DNA from: Oikopleura dioica
Lineage: Eukaryota > Animalia > Chordata
Assembly: GCA_907165135.1 (NCBI GenBank)
Contig: OU015569.1
Span: forward strand, 992,001 to 1,056,000
DNA length: 64,000 nt
Reading direction: 5' to 3'
The position numbers and the translations under genes were made by a program. Shown here piece after piece: positions 12,396-23,647 of this stretch. How positions within the stretch are numbered: position 1 is the stretch's first letter; every line of letters begins with the position of its first letter. The notes beneath the pieces are model-generated. The model was not told the origin of the DNA. It did not search any database and saw only the letters and a list, made by a program, of their open reading frames with translations.

Positions 12396-12719
12396 GCAGA
12401 GCTTCAGTTCAGAGCTCAGAGTTTGAGCACCAATTTCAATACAAAAACCAATTCCAGAATATAGGATTCGTAAACCGGGCGCTCCGCGCCCATTATATAA
12501 AGAAAATAGGAAAATATAAAAGACTAGAAAAAAAGAAGGAAATTTTTCATTAATTTGGGCCCAAAAAAGGTCATTTTTAGTTTATCTTCGAGGCAAATTA
12601 TTGATTAGCCAAACATGTATTAGCCAAAATTTTCGAACTTGAAAAAAAAAATCAACCCACGACCCTCGAAAAAAAAAATTTTTTTTTTTGAATTTTTTTG
12701 GAATTGAATTCCAGAGATG

Positions 12720-13130
12720 CCTTTCATATAAATCGTTAACTTCAACCAAACTGAGTTCGTCGTCGATCTCAAAGGGAAAAATTCGAACGGACGGGAGTCG
12801 CCCTTTTACCATTCTTGGATGATGCTCGGCTACACAGGACCTTAGCGACTGTTTACTCCGATATGACAGAAGATGGAAAGAGAAGAAATGGATTTGAAGA
12901 GGAGAAATTTTTCATTGAAAGAAGGAATAAGATCTATGGAAAGATCAGGGATGGTTAATTGTCTGACAAGAAGGTTTTTTTAGCTGAAAAGGGCGCAGAC
13001 TTTGATTGCAAAAGGAATCAACGGAATCCAAGACATCCTTTTAGTCGATCAAGAGCACTCAGAGCTCAAGCCAATTCGAAAATTCACCATAATTGACTAT
13101 TCGAAGGATCATCCACTTCGAGTAAAACGG
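12720..13130 (+). pseudogene. XRN2: Captured XRN2-like fragment, copy 2 (longer)
   Basis: EFVVDLKGK-KFERTGVALLPFLDDARLHRTLATVYSDMTEDGKRRN resembles XRN2 VALLPFVDERRLRAALEEVYPDLTPEETRRN; direct-orientation homolog of 6290-6460. Confidence 0.75.
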
Positions 13131-13994
13131 GATTTCCGGTTATAAGCGATAATTGCTTCAGGCCAAATAAAAATTGAATATGGATTTCGAGAAAATACAG
13201 GGTTTATGGGAAAATCCGTAAAAACGTTACAGGTCTCAGCAGAAGGTCGGTAGGTAAAATCTCCCCCGCCCCGCCCCTAGCTTCCAAAATAATGACGTTT
13301 AAAATTTCATATATTATATATAGGTTTTCGAGATAATACAGGGTTTTCGGCAAAATCCGTAAAAAGGCTACAGGTCTCATCAGAAGATCGGTAGGTAAAA
13401 TCTCCCCCGCCCCGCCCCTAGCTACCAAAATAATGACGCCTCAAATTTGTTGAATTTGGGAATTGGGCGCTCCGCGCCCATTATATATAGAAAATAGGAA
13501 AATAGAGTAGGGATTAGAAAGTAGTTAATTTGAATTAGAATTTTCGAATTCGTACAGAATTTGAAAATTGGGCGCTCAGCGCCCATTATATAAAAAAAAT
13601 AGGAAAATATGTAGTAGATTAGAAATTAAGAAATTTGAAAATAGGGAATTTCGAATATATACAGAAATCGAGAAGAATTTGGGAATGGCGCGCGAAGCGC
13701 GCCATTCCAAAAAAATTAAAAAGGGAAATTTTCATTAATTTCGGCCCAAAAACGTCATTTAAAATTTCTGTACGAGCCAAATTATTGATTAGCTCGAACT
13801 GTATTTTCCAAACTTTTTTCGAGTAGATACAGAAATTTGGGATAACTGTTTGGGAAATACATGTTTCACTCATCAAGAACGTGTTTCACTATTACAGTTT
13901 GTAGTAATGCGTGGACCCCGTCTTGCTCGTTATTTGCTTGAAGCTCTATGCAAGTTACAGTATTAATTATCGAAGTTGATTTAGCGATTTAGAT

Positions 13995-14412
13995 TAGAGT
14001 TGCCAATTTTGGTTTATTTTTGCTGAGCTGAGCAGAGTAAAAATTTTTTTGAGCTGAGCTGAGCTGGCCTATTTCGGTGGTAACTGAGCTGAGCTGAGCA
14101 GACCTTTTTTTAAGGTAGTTGAGCTGAGCTGAGCGGACCCTAATTAGAGCTGAGCTGTTTTTTACTGTGTTTTTTGTAGAGAAATTGTGTTAAAATCATT
14201 CAGCTGAGCTGAGCTAATTGATAATTGTCTGAGCTGAGCTGAGCGTAGTAGAAAAGATCGTGTTTGAAAATATTTGAGCTGAGCTGAGCTGAGTGAAAAT
14301 AGTCTGAGCAGATCAGATCATTTTCAAAAATCACTGAGCTGAGCTGAGCAGAGCGACTGCTCAGCTCACTCAGTTAGCTCAGCTCACTCCGCTCAACAAA
14401 TTTGCAACTCTG
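13995..14412. mobile_element. hAT-type (AGCTC)n MITE, second copy, opposite orientation
   Basis: TIR TAGAGTTGCCAATTT / AAATTTGCAACTCTG; exact 8-bp TSD ATTTAGAT (13987-13994, 14413-14420). Confidence 0.9.
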
Positions 14413-15220
14413 ATTTAGATTGGTATAATGATTGAGGGCTACAGGATCGTTTTAATCCAAAATGTGGAATAAGATCGAATTTAAGAAAAAAAGCAATTAA
14501 AAAAACAAAAGCAGAGAGTCTCGATTACCCATCCAAAAAAGAACTACAGTGCGACGAGCCACTACAACCCGCAGTTGGCGCAGTTGACGTATACAGAATT
14601 CGCGAAAGGCTTCGAATTCATTTGAATTCAGAATGAAGAGCTCCAAATTCAACCAAAGCAGAAAACATGCAGTTTTTGGATGTTGGACGCTGTGTAAAAA
14701 TTTCACATTTTCTCGTGCAAATTTTTTCGCGCTACACTTATTTTTTCGCTAGATTTTTGTGAATAAAGTTATTATGTTCCGCCGGCTTGAAAACTGTTGA
14801 ATTCGTTTCGCGCCTTGTTCAGGAAGAGGCCTCGAGTTTTGTAAATATCTACTGATAGGCATCAGGACTCACCATTCGCCGCAGACATTATCCGGCTTGA
14901 CTTGCTCGAGTAAGCTCCTTACTTTTACATGCTCTTCTAAATGCTCACAGCTGGCCTGGCTCAAAGCTCAAATCGTAAGTTTATTGATAAAACACTCCTT
15001 TTTAGAAGAAGACGCCACCTGTCCTCATTCCAAAGATCAGAAGAGAGTGCTTCCTAAATTACAATTTGACCTTCCTTTGGCATGACGTAGCCGCTCGCTG
15101 AATCGTCCAGGAAGCCTTGAATTTCTTCGATAGGATTCCTAACATAATTCTGCTGCTGGACTTGACCTCTCAAGCCTCCACAGGGGATTATGTTGAGGTA
15201 CTTACTGAGTTATTTGAGTT

Positions 15221-15420
15221 AATTTGTCGAGGCGAAAAAATAACATGATTTTTTGGTATTATAGACGAAGAGTCTGGACTCTGAAACCTGAGTCAGGATT
15301 TGATAATCAGGAGTATAGCCTATACTATACCTGACTATCAAATCCTGACTCAGGTTTCCGAGTCCGGAATCTTCGTCTATAATTCCAAAAATTCATGTTA
15401 TTTTTTTCGCCTCGACAAAT
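15221..15420. repeat. ~200-bp palindrome containing two CCTGASTCAGG motifs
   Basis: ATTTGTCGAGGCG...CGCCTCGACAAAT arms; no TSD found. Confidence 0.7.
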
Positions 15421-16052
15421 CATAGGAAAAGTTATGCTATGTCTAAATGTAGAATCCCAAATCAAAAGTCGCCATTTTTTCTTTCTTCTTTCAGGTTCTT
15501 CTCCAGAGGTTGGGCGGAGTGGCGACAATCGGATTTCCAAATCGGGAAAAGGAAAATCCTTTTTGAAAAAAGAAAAGAGCGCGGCGCTTCGCCCCCGCCG
15601 CGCACCCGATGACGCATCGGCAAAACTCCAAGAGCCGCTCCCAGCGAATCTCAAGAATCTTAAAAAAGACGAAATCTACACCTATCTCAACCTTTTCGAC
15701 TTAGAGATTATGCTCAGAAGAAACTTATTTCAGAAGAAAAATCATGATTTTTTATTTTTTCGAGATATTTTTCGATTTTAAAAGAGAAACTCTTCATTTT
15801 AAATTTACTACTGTATTTTCCCTCGGAAAAAATGTAATTGAATTAAAATTTTGTGAATATTAGAAAATTCTATTTCAAAATTTTGTTGTATTTGTCATTT
15901 TCATGCAGAAAAAAGTGGAAATGTGTCATTTTTTTGTAAAAATGTTTATAAAAACTAATTTTCTTTCTTTCAGTGCGTTTAAGAGATATTATTTATCAAT
16001 TTTCTTTTTACTTAGACTGTATTTCACTGTATTCACCCTTTTCTTTATTCAG

Positions 16053-16837
16053 ATGGGTGTCGACTCGCGCATGAGGTCCGATGTGGTCCAAGTCTCGCCG
16101 AAGAAGGAGTCGAGAAGCGAGCCAGTCGACAGAGAGAAGACCTGCCCCATGCTGCTCCGAGTTTTCCACTCGAAAGGTATCTTCTGAAGATAAAACAACT
16201 CTTGAAGTTCCAACTTTCGCTGGCTCTGTTTATTTTAATCTTTGTACTTAGGACGACACAACCGGCCAGATGACTTTTCGCGTAATCAAACTCCAGACAA
16301 TGAACTGCAAGGTACCCTACCAGCGATAACCCTAAACAAACGTAAATACTTCAGTCTACACCTGGATGGACGCGACGCTCAAGGAAATCACCAATCTCGT
16401 CCGCGGCGTCAATCCAGAAACGCGCAAGAGAGGAACTGAATTCCACTTTGCCATCGTCTACCAGGTTAGCTAAATCGACGCCCGTTTTCGAAGTATAACC
16501 GTCTTTAGGATACGAGAATGAACCGATATCGAGTGAAGGAAATTGGAAAGACTGTCTCTGGAGGAAAGTCTGGCGATGAGAATCTCTCCCTGCAAGACTC
16601 CAAGTTTCAGATTGGCGACTTTATGGACATAGCAATTAGAGTAAGACCTTTCTGTCTAGGATCGGCAACCTGTCTGAAAAAGCTGAGTCAGGGTTCGGAA
16701 GACCTCTAAAGCTCCTTAAAGACCCTGAGTCAGGATTTCTACGCAGCTTTCGGTGGCGCTAGAATCTAACTGTTCTTCAGGATGGTCGACGAGACGGCCC
16801 AATGCGCGACGAGCGACGGCGATACCGACCGTACTAG
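16053..16837 (+). CDS. SAP18: Sin3-associated protein 18 (5 exons)
   Basis: VDREKTCPMLLRVF, ELQVYTWMDATLKEIT, KFQIGDFMDIAI; four GT-AG introns keep frame; ends RYRPY*. Confidence 0.93.
16660..16745. mobile_element. CCTGASTCAGG-family remnant in SAP18 intron 4
   Basis: CGGCAACCTGT, GCTGAGTCAGG and CCTGAGTCAGG motifs inside the 140-bp intron 16641-16780. Confidence 0.6.
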
Positions 16838-17106
16838 AATTCCAAAACTAGAGAAAGAGAAGACCTTACCGCTGATTAAAAAACTAAACTGAAGAAAAAG
16901 AACAACTGCCCTTCCAACTCAAAAATAATCATTCTTTTGCTCAGAAATCGCCTTCTCTGAATCCTGATCAACTCAAACCTTGTTTAGTGTACCGTACCAG
17001 TAAAAAAAGAATTCATTTTATGCACTTACCTTATTACTTTTTTTTCCAGAAAGTAATGTGATGAAATGATGTGAAGAAAAGGCAAAGAAAGGAAGAAAAG
17101 AAGAAG

Positions 17107-19367
17107 ATGCACGACATCGATGTGGAGAATAACCCGCTGCTTACCGCTGCCAAATCGCAAAATGCGAAAACGGTCGTTTCTTCCGTAGCCCAGAAAAGAC
17201 TTCTCCTGGTCAAATGCTTCACCGCCGTGATTTCCTGTTATCTTGTTTACGGAGTTTGCCACGAGTCCATCACTAGACAGGTACCTTTCTCAATTAGGAA
17301 AAACAGCTTCCTTAGATTTCATCTGATGATGAATCTGAATTGAGTTGCGCAGTCGACTGCTAAAGTTAAATTCCCTAATCGTCTAGGAATTCGGTCATAC
17401 AACCACGCTACATGTAGATTATTAAGGATCAAGGAGAGTCTTTCGCTCAACAACAGTTTCTAGCTCTACGAAGGAGAACGGTTTACGTTCACGCTGTGGC
17501 TGATTTCCGTGCAGACACTGACCAACATGACAGTCGCCTCGATCATTGTACAGCTCTCTTCCCGACCCGGCGAAGTCGATAAGACTCCCTTCAAATACTA
17601 CTTTGCCTGGTTAGATAATGACTTGGGCGGGAGCACTTTTAACCAGAACTTTGTAGCGCGTTATTCTTCTGCGGTGCGATCTTCGGCTCAAACCAAGCTC
17701 TTCAATATCTAAGCTACCCCAGCCAGGTACTAAGTCAAGGCAGCCTCTAAAGCAAAACTCAAACTTGAAACTCCGAGACGCACTCGAGTTTATTTTCATT
17801 CGGTCGACTAAGGAGCGCTTCATACATTACACGAGTAGCAAGTGGCCGCCACACACGTTTTTGATCCCAAGGAGCAATTAACCACTCGCGAATCTTGGAA
17901 TCTCTCCTTCAGAATTAAGTAAAATCACAACTCGCAGATATCTTCAAACTCTGCAGAATTCGTTTCCACGAGTTATAGTTAAAAATACCTCCCCCCTCGC
18001 AGATTAATTGACTTCAAGGGCCACTAAAATTTATATTTATTGATCTCCGACCAATTATTCGTCAATGCGAATATTTCATATATTTTATCAACAATTTCTT
18101 CTCGGTTAATGATGATTGAATACTTTCAAAACAAACCTTTTTCGTTACCAACACAATTATAAATACCGATAATTAAAAGGATTATAATCAATTATAATTG
18201 TTTTGTTAACGAATAAAGCTTGCTTTGGAAGTATTCAATTATCATCAGCCCAGCAGAAATTGTTGATAAAATATACGAAATATTCGCATTGACGAATAAT
18301 TTGGTGAAAAGAAATAATTGCTTCCAAATAATAAGAGTCGAAATTGATTGAAAGAAGTAGGCTAGAAATTTTGCCAATTGAGCATAGTAGGGTCAGACGC
18401 ACGTTTTCTATTTTCGCAGATGTTTTGGTTGATGTTGATTTAATGCGACGTGGTTCAGGTCGTCGGCAAGGCATGCAAACCAATTCCTGTGCTTATCTTG
18501 TCAGGGCTTGTGGGCCGGAAGAGTTACAATTATGTGAAGTACCTCTGCGTTCTTACGTTAGTCTTGGGAATCACCATGTTTCTGTACCACCCGACGGACG
18601 AGACCGTTCAAAAGGTAAGCTTTCCTTCTTTTGTGATTTTTAACTTCGGAGGCGCGCTTGAAAAGTCTTTCCTTTCGACAATACCACTTTCCTCTGAGAA
18701 CCACCTTTTCGTGGCTCGTGAAAGATGTTCACGAAAGATGCGTGGTTTATTTTCTTTTCAAACTGTAGCTCGCTTCTAATCGCGGTCTGACCCTGCGCGC
18801 CTTTATCGAGCCCGTTTATTTTAGCAAGGCGTCGGCCATGGGCTGTTGATCTTCTCGCTTATCTGTGATGGTCTCTGTGGTGGAATGCAGGAAAAGGTAT
18901 ACTGTAAAATTATCAACAAGCGCTCATGCTTTCTTTTTCTCGAAAGGTGCGCTCGAAATTCTGCCCGAACGAGAATCACATGATGCTCTGGACGAACTTG
19001 TGCTCTTTTCTCATTCTGTTTCCGTTTTGCTTCTTGAGTGGCGACTTTTTCGGCGGCAACGCGTTCATTCCGCGCCATCCCGAAATACTCCCGCGCATTC
19101 TAGCGTTTTGCATTTGCTCCGTCGCCGGTCAATACTTCATCTTCCTGACGATCAAGCATTTCGGCCCGCTGACCGTTTCGATCATTACGACCTGCAGGTA
19201 GGAAATGGAAAAATCGACATTTTTGCTCCAAGCTTTCTTTTAGGAAATTCTTCTCCGTCCTGTTTTCTGTTTTGATCTTCGGCAACGTGCTCACCGTTCA
19301 GCAATGGATAGGAGCGATTATCGTGTTCACCGGACTAATTGTTGATATTTATTTCGGCGAACACTGA
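17107..19367 (+). CDS. SLC35B1: Nucleotide-sugar transporter (UDP-galactose transporter-related 1)
   Basis: Multi-exon hydrophobic protein: [65 protein letters not shown]; start codon uncertain. Confidence 0.88.
18050..18306. repeat. AT-rich palindrome (probable old MITE) in SLC35B1 intron
   Basis: CCAATTATTCGTCAATGCGAATATT ... AATATTCGCATTGACGAATAATTTGG arms. Confidence 0.7.
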
Positions 19368-20014
19368 TTGTTGATAATTCAATTCTAACTCACTATAAAT
19401 ATGTTTTTACGAAGAAAGAAGAGAAGTGCCTTTAATATTGAATTCATTGAAGCGCATATTTCGAAAACTACTCTTGCCATATGATCCTTAAGTTTCCCGA
19501 AATTCAATCCAAATCCGATATTTTGCCTTTCAAGATTTTTTTTCAAAATACTGAAAAAAAAACACTTACCACTATTCGTTTCTGTCGAATCTAAAACTGC
19601 CAACTATGCATGATTTCAATATCGTTATCATTTTTATAAATATTTTCCTCCTCCTGATTGAGGCCGCTCACTCAAATTTCATGAGTGGGAGTTCATTTGG
19701 AGCCATTAGGAATTATTTCCTATTTTTATTATTCTATTTTTTTTTGTTTCCTTTTTCTGGAAGTGTTATTGTTCACTAATCTGAAACACTTGCATCACAA
19801 AAAACGCTATTCCTTTCATATCAATACGTACTTTACTATTTAATCATAATAAATGAAGAATAATCAATCTTTGAATGTCGCATTTCCTTAATTTCCGCAG
19901 GTTTCTTAGTAAATATCCCGTGCGATTCACTTTTAATTATCCCAAGCTAGAATTTCTTTTTGGGGCGCCGAACAATCATAGAATGCTAATTTTGAATAAT
20001 TTGTTGTCTAGAGA

Positions 20015-20445
20015 ATGTCACACGCAATCTTGCTCGTTCAGCCGAACAGAAAGCAGGAGTCTCGCAGCTACGCTGGTAAGATAGCCACACTCGAATGCAG
20101 TAGTTAATTTCACTTAGATTTCGAGTCAGTCAACGAAGCTGTGGAGGCAATCTGCAAAATCTACGAAGAGCAGCTCAAGAAGGAGAATGTCACGATGAAA
20201 CAGATCACTTACGATATCAGGTAAGAACAGTTTGTTCTTCCTTCTTTTCTCCTATATATTTAGCCAACTGTTCGACTACATCGACAACCTCTCCGATCTG
20301 TCGATCCTCGTTTACCAAAGAACCTCCATGTCCTATGCTCCCTACAACAAAGTAAACACTACTTTTTTTAACTCAATCTAACTTTCGCTAGGACTGGATC
20401 AAAGAGAAGATTTACATCATGCTGCGAAAGCAAGCGGGCTTATGA
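20015..20445 (+). CDS. ERH: Enhancer of rudimentary homolog (4 exons)
   Basis: MSHAILLVQP...SRSYADFESVNEAVEAICKIYEEQLK...ITYDISQLFDYID...[23 protein letters not shown]; three GT-AG introns. Confidence 0.95.
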
Positions 20446-20699
20446 CACCGCTAGTTCCAAAAAAGCCGACTGTCTCTCTCTCTTTGCATGTAGTCACTCA
20501 CCCCTGAAGACGAGCTACCTTAGAACACTGCTCTAAACCTGCCCTTGTCAAAAAAAGTTTTGAAATTTTCGTCTTTCTTTAATCGGAATCATTTTTCATC
20601 AGGGGCTCCATCCTCCAGAAAGCCTCTTTTCTAAAATGGAAGAAATGGACCGTTTAGTTTCATAAGTTTTTTAAGAACTCGAGGTCGTACCGAAAAGTA

Positions 20700-23548
20700 A
20701 TGGAACAAGATATAAAACAAGAAAATCGCGGTAACAGCGGAGCAAACTTAAAGCGACTAGGCGAAAGCAACCAAAATGAAGAGAGTCCGAAGAAAAAGAA
20801 ACTTGAGCTCTCGAACCTGATTGTGTACGCTAATGATGAACATCGATCCTTGACGATTCAGAAGACGAAGGATTTAAATCCTGAATTCGAAATGGACTTT
20901 TTCGAAACGACGTCAACGAAGATCAAGAACAAATACGGCAATTTTGAGAAGCTTTTCGAGTTTAAAATCGATGGAGTTGTGATTGGAACTGGACGCGGCT
21001 TTGGCAAGAAAGCTGCGAAGCAGGAGTGCATTCAAGATGCAGAGAGAAATCTTCGCAAGATCGGAAAAGTGGTCCCCTTCAATACAAAGCCAAGTGTGCA
21101 CAATAAAAAATCGGCATTCGCAAGGAGGAAAATGGCGATTCCCCTTCCGCTTTCTTCTGTAGTAGAGGTGAAAGAAGAAGAAGTCAAAAAAGAGAATTCA
21201 GAATCCGAGGCTTTCATTGGGCTGGATTTGGAAGACCTTGCTGGGCTAGAATTCTCTCACATCCAAGATGCGCCGATATCGACTAGTTTGTCGAATTTCG
21301 CGCAGCAGAACGGGCTTGAATTCCGAACAGAAGTGTACGAGGTGAAGAAGGAGGGTTCTAAAATGCCGGACTGGGGAGCGCGTGTTCTCTTGAATGGCAC
21401 TGAGATCAGCGCTGCCGTGTCATCTGGTAAAAAAGCGGCCAAAAGTGCGTGTTGGACAAGCGCATTCAGTGTGCTAAGACAACGATGCGATTACGTTGAG
21501 AGAAAAGGAAAACGAGATGGCTACGAAATTGTGTCGAAGGAGTTCAAGAGTCAGGTAATTTGAAAATTCTAGTTTAGAACTTAAAATTAAATTTGAAAAG
21601 AACTTGAATTGGAGTTTTTTCCAATTTACACGGGCTAATTTCCAACACGTTACAAATAATATGTTTGTTTTGATGATTATAGCGAGTAAATACGATGGAA
21701 TATTAAGGCGGAGCCGGAGGTACCAATTGACGAGGCCGGCGAGCACGAAGTGAAGGATACATCTCTTGAATACCAAATTCTTGACGCTCTTGAAGCATCT
21801 CCAGAAAAACCTAAACCGCAGAAGCCCGAATTAAAGCTAGAAGACAAGGTGATTTTCTACAGTGCTGGCCTGCTGGACAAAGATAGTGAACGACAAACAC
21901 TGCCAAATGAGATACGAAGACCTGAGTATCTCCAATTCACGAACGCCAAGACTGAAGCTGCACCTGAAAATAACTTTGTCCCGTTGAGAGAACACAAGGA
22001 CGCTATTATGAGAATAAAAAGACGCCTAAAAGGTGAGTTATCTAATATCAAAGATTCTGATAATTTAGATTTTCACATGTTAGTTATTAATTAATTTAAG
22101 AATTCAGACTTCAAAGCTGGGTCGCCTTATTGCGTCGATCAAGCTGCGCGTCGGGCTGGAATCGATATCGCCAAGGACATGTACACGTGTGGCGGCAATA
22201 TCCTTGCTATTCGTGAGTATCTCAACTCCACTCGACCTCGATTATACCAGGCAACCGAGGACCTCTTCATTACGAAAAAGTCACAATACTGCGTTCTGTC
22301 TATACGCGGCGTCGAATGCGCTTACGGCTTCGGCAAATTCGCCAAGCGAGTTGCTTTCGACAACTTGGAATACTTTCTCCGCGAAAACAGCGAAAATAGG
22401 ATTCACGTCGTTTCTGCTTTGCGTCATAATGGAGTGCGCACGGAACCGCAACTGACGCTTGCGCTCACGCCTGGTGACCGCCAAGTTGGATACATCTTGC
22501 CGGCCAACGACGCAGGAAGAATCGTGACGCCGGACCAGGCTAGATTCGCGGACTTACAGGCACAGCAGTCGAAGCTTAAAGAAAAACATGAAGACGTTAA
22601 ACCTGAAATCAAACTTGAAGACATAACTCTATTCATGCTTGAAGGAATGGATTGTCCGCTGACTATCATCTCCAGAACGGCCAACTTGAACAAGTTCTCG
22701 ATGAAATGGACAGAAGATGAAACTAAGAACGAGAAACAAGGGGGCGGAACATGGCGTGCCACACTTGCGTTTAACACGACAAAGATCGCAGAAGGCGAAG
22801 GGAACTCGAAAAAGAAGCGAAGGCGGATGCTGCTTGTAATGCTTTGAAAGAGATGCTTCAGCGATGCCGCGTACTTGAAGAGAGGAAGAAAGAATATGCA
22901 CACGAAAATGCGCTAGGTAGGTTCTTTCGCCAAGCTCAAAAAGTAAGTATCGCTTCTTGAAGGAATCGAGGAAGTCCAAAATGGAATGATCGACAAAGCG
23001 CAACCGCATCTCGTCAGAATGGCGAAAGCACGAGAGAAACAAGCTAATAAAAACAACAAAGGACTGATGTTAATGCGACTGATGGGCTGGAGCGGCGGTG
23101 GACTTGGAGCGGCCGAAGATGGAATCGAACAGCCCATTGACGTGAGTATTTGTTCATATAACATTTTTCTGAATGTTTTTAAAGCATAATGCAGCACGCT
23201 ACGGTCGGGAAACAACCGGATTGGGAGTTGATGAAGACGGCCGTTGTCAAGGTCTTAAAGAAAAAAATTTTACTAGGATTAAAAATATATCTAGTGACTG
23301 TGGAACAAGCTGATGTTCTCATATCGCGCTATGCGACGTCCCAGATCACCGAGGACTTGAGTTTTTCTAAAGGCCTTCGAAAAGAAGAAAGAAAAGCTAT
23401 ACATATGGCAGTGAGTCGATATGGTCTTCGATCGAGAAGCTATGGAAAGGGCGCCGACAGATATTTGGTTGTCTCGCGAACTGCACAGCAGAAACTCGTG
23501 ATGCTTCAACAGGGATGTATGCTCTCTCAAGCTTCTCTCAAGCAATAA
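20700..23548 (+). CDS. NKRF: NKRF-like protein: several dsRBD-like domains, G-patch, R3H
   Basis: dsRBD KKxAK motifs; G-patch NKGLMLMRLMGWSGGGLG; R3H ERKAIHMAVSRYGLRSRSYGKGADRYLVVSR; one apparent -1 shift at the A-run 22809-22813. Confidence 0.8.
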
Positions 23549-23647
23549 ATATTTATTTTAAACACTGTTTTTCCTTTACCTTGTTCATTTCTGTACATGA
23601 CTGTAAATCCAATACAAATTCTTAATAAAGATCTGCGAAGAGTTTTG

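Larger units (their letters stand above)
5256..13919. mobile_element. Non-autonomous long-TIR (foldback/Pack-type) DNA element carrying host gene fragments
   Basis: Ends GGGGTCC...GGACCCC flanked by direct repeat GTCTTGC (5249-5255, 13920-13926); imperfect modular TIRs about 5256-5990 and 13185-13919; interior holds XRN, TRRAP and dynein fragments; no transposase ORF. Confidence 0.85.

Noticed and set aside
14470-15200. Possible small minus-strand gene divergent from SAP18
   Set aside because: Splice-like signals exist, but no consistent reading frame or homology could be built.
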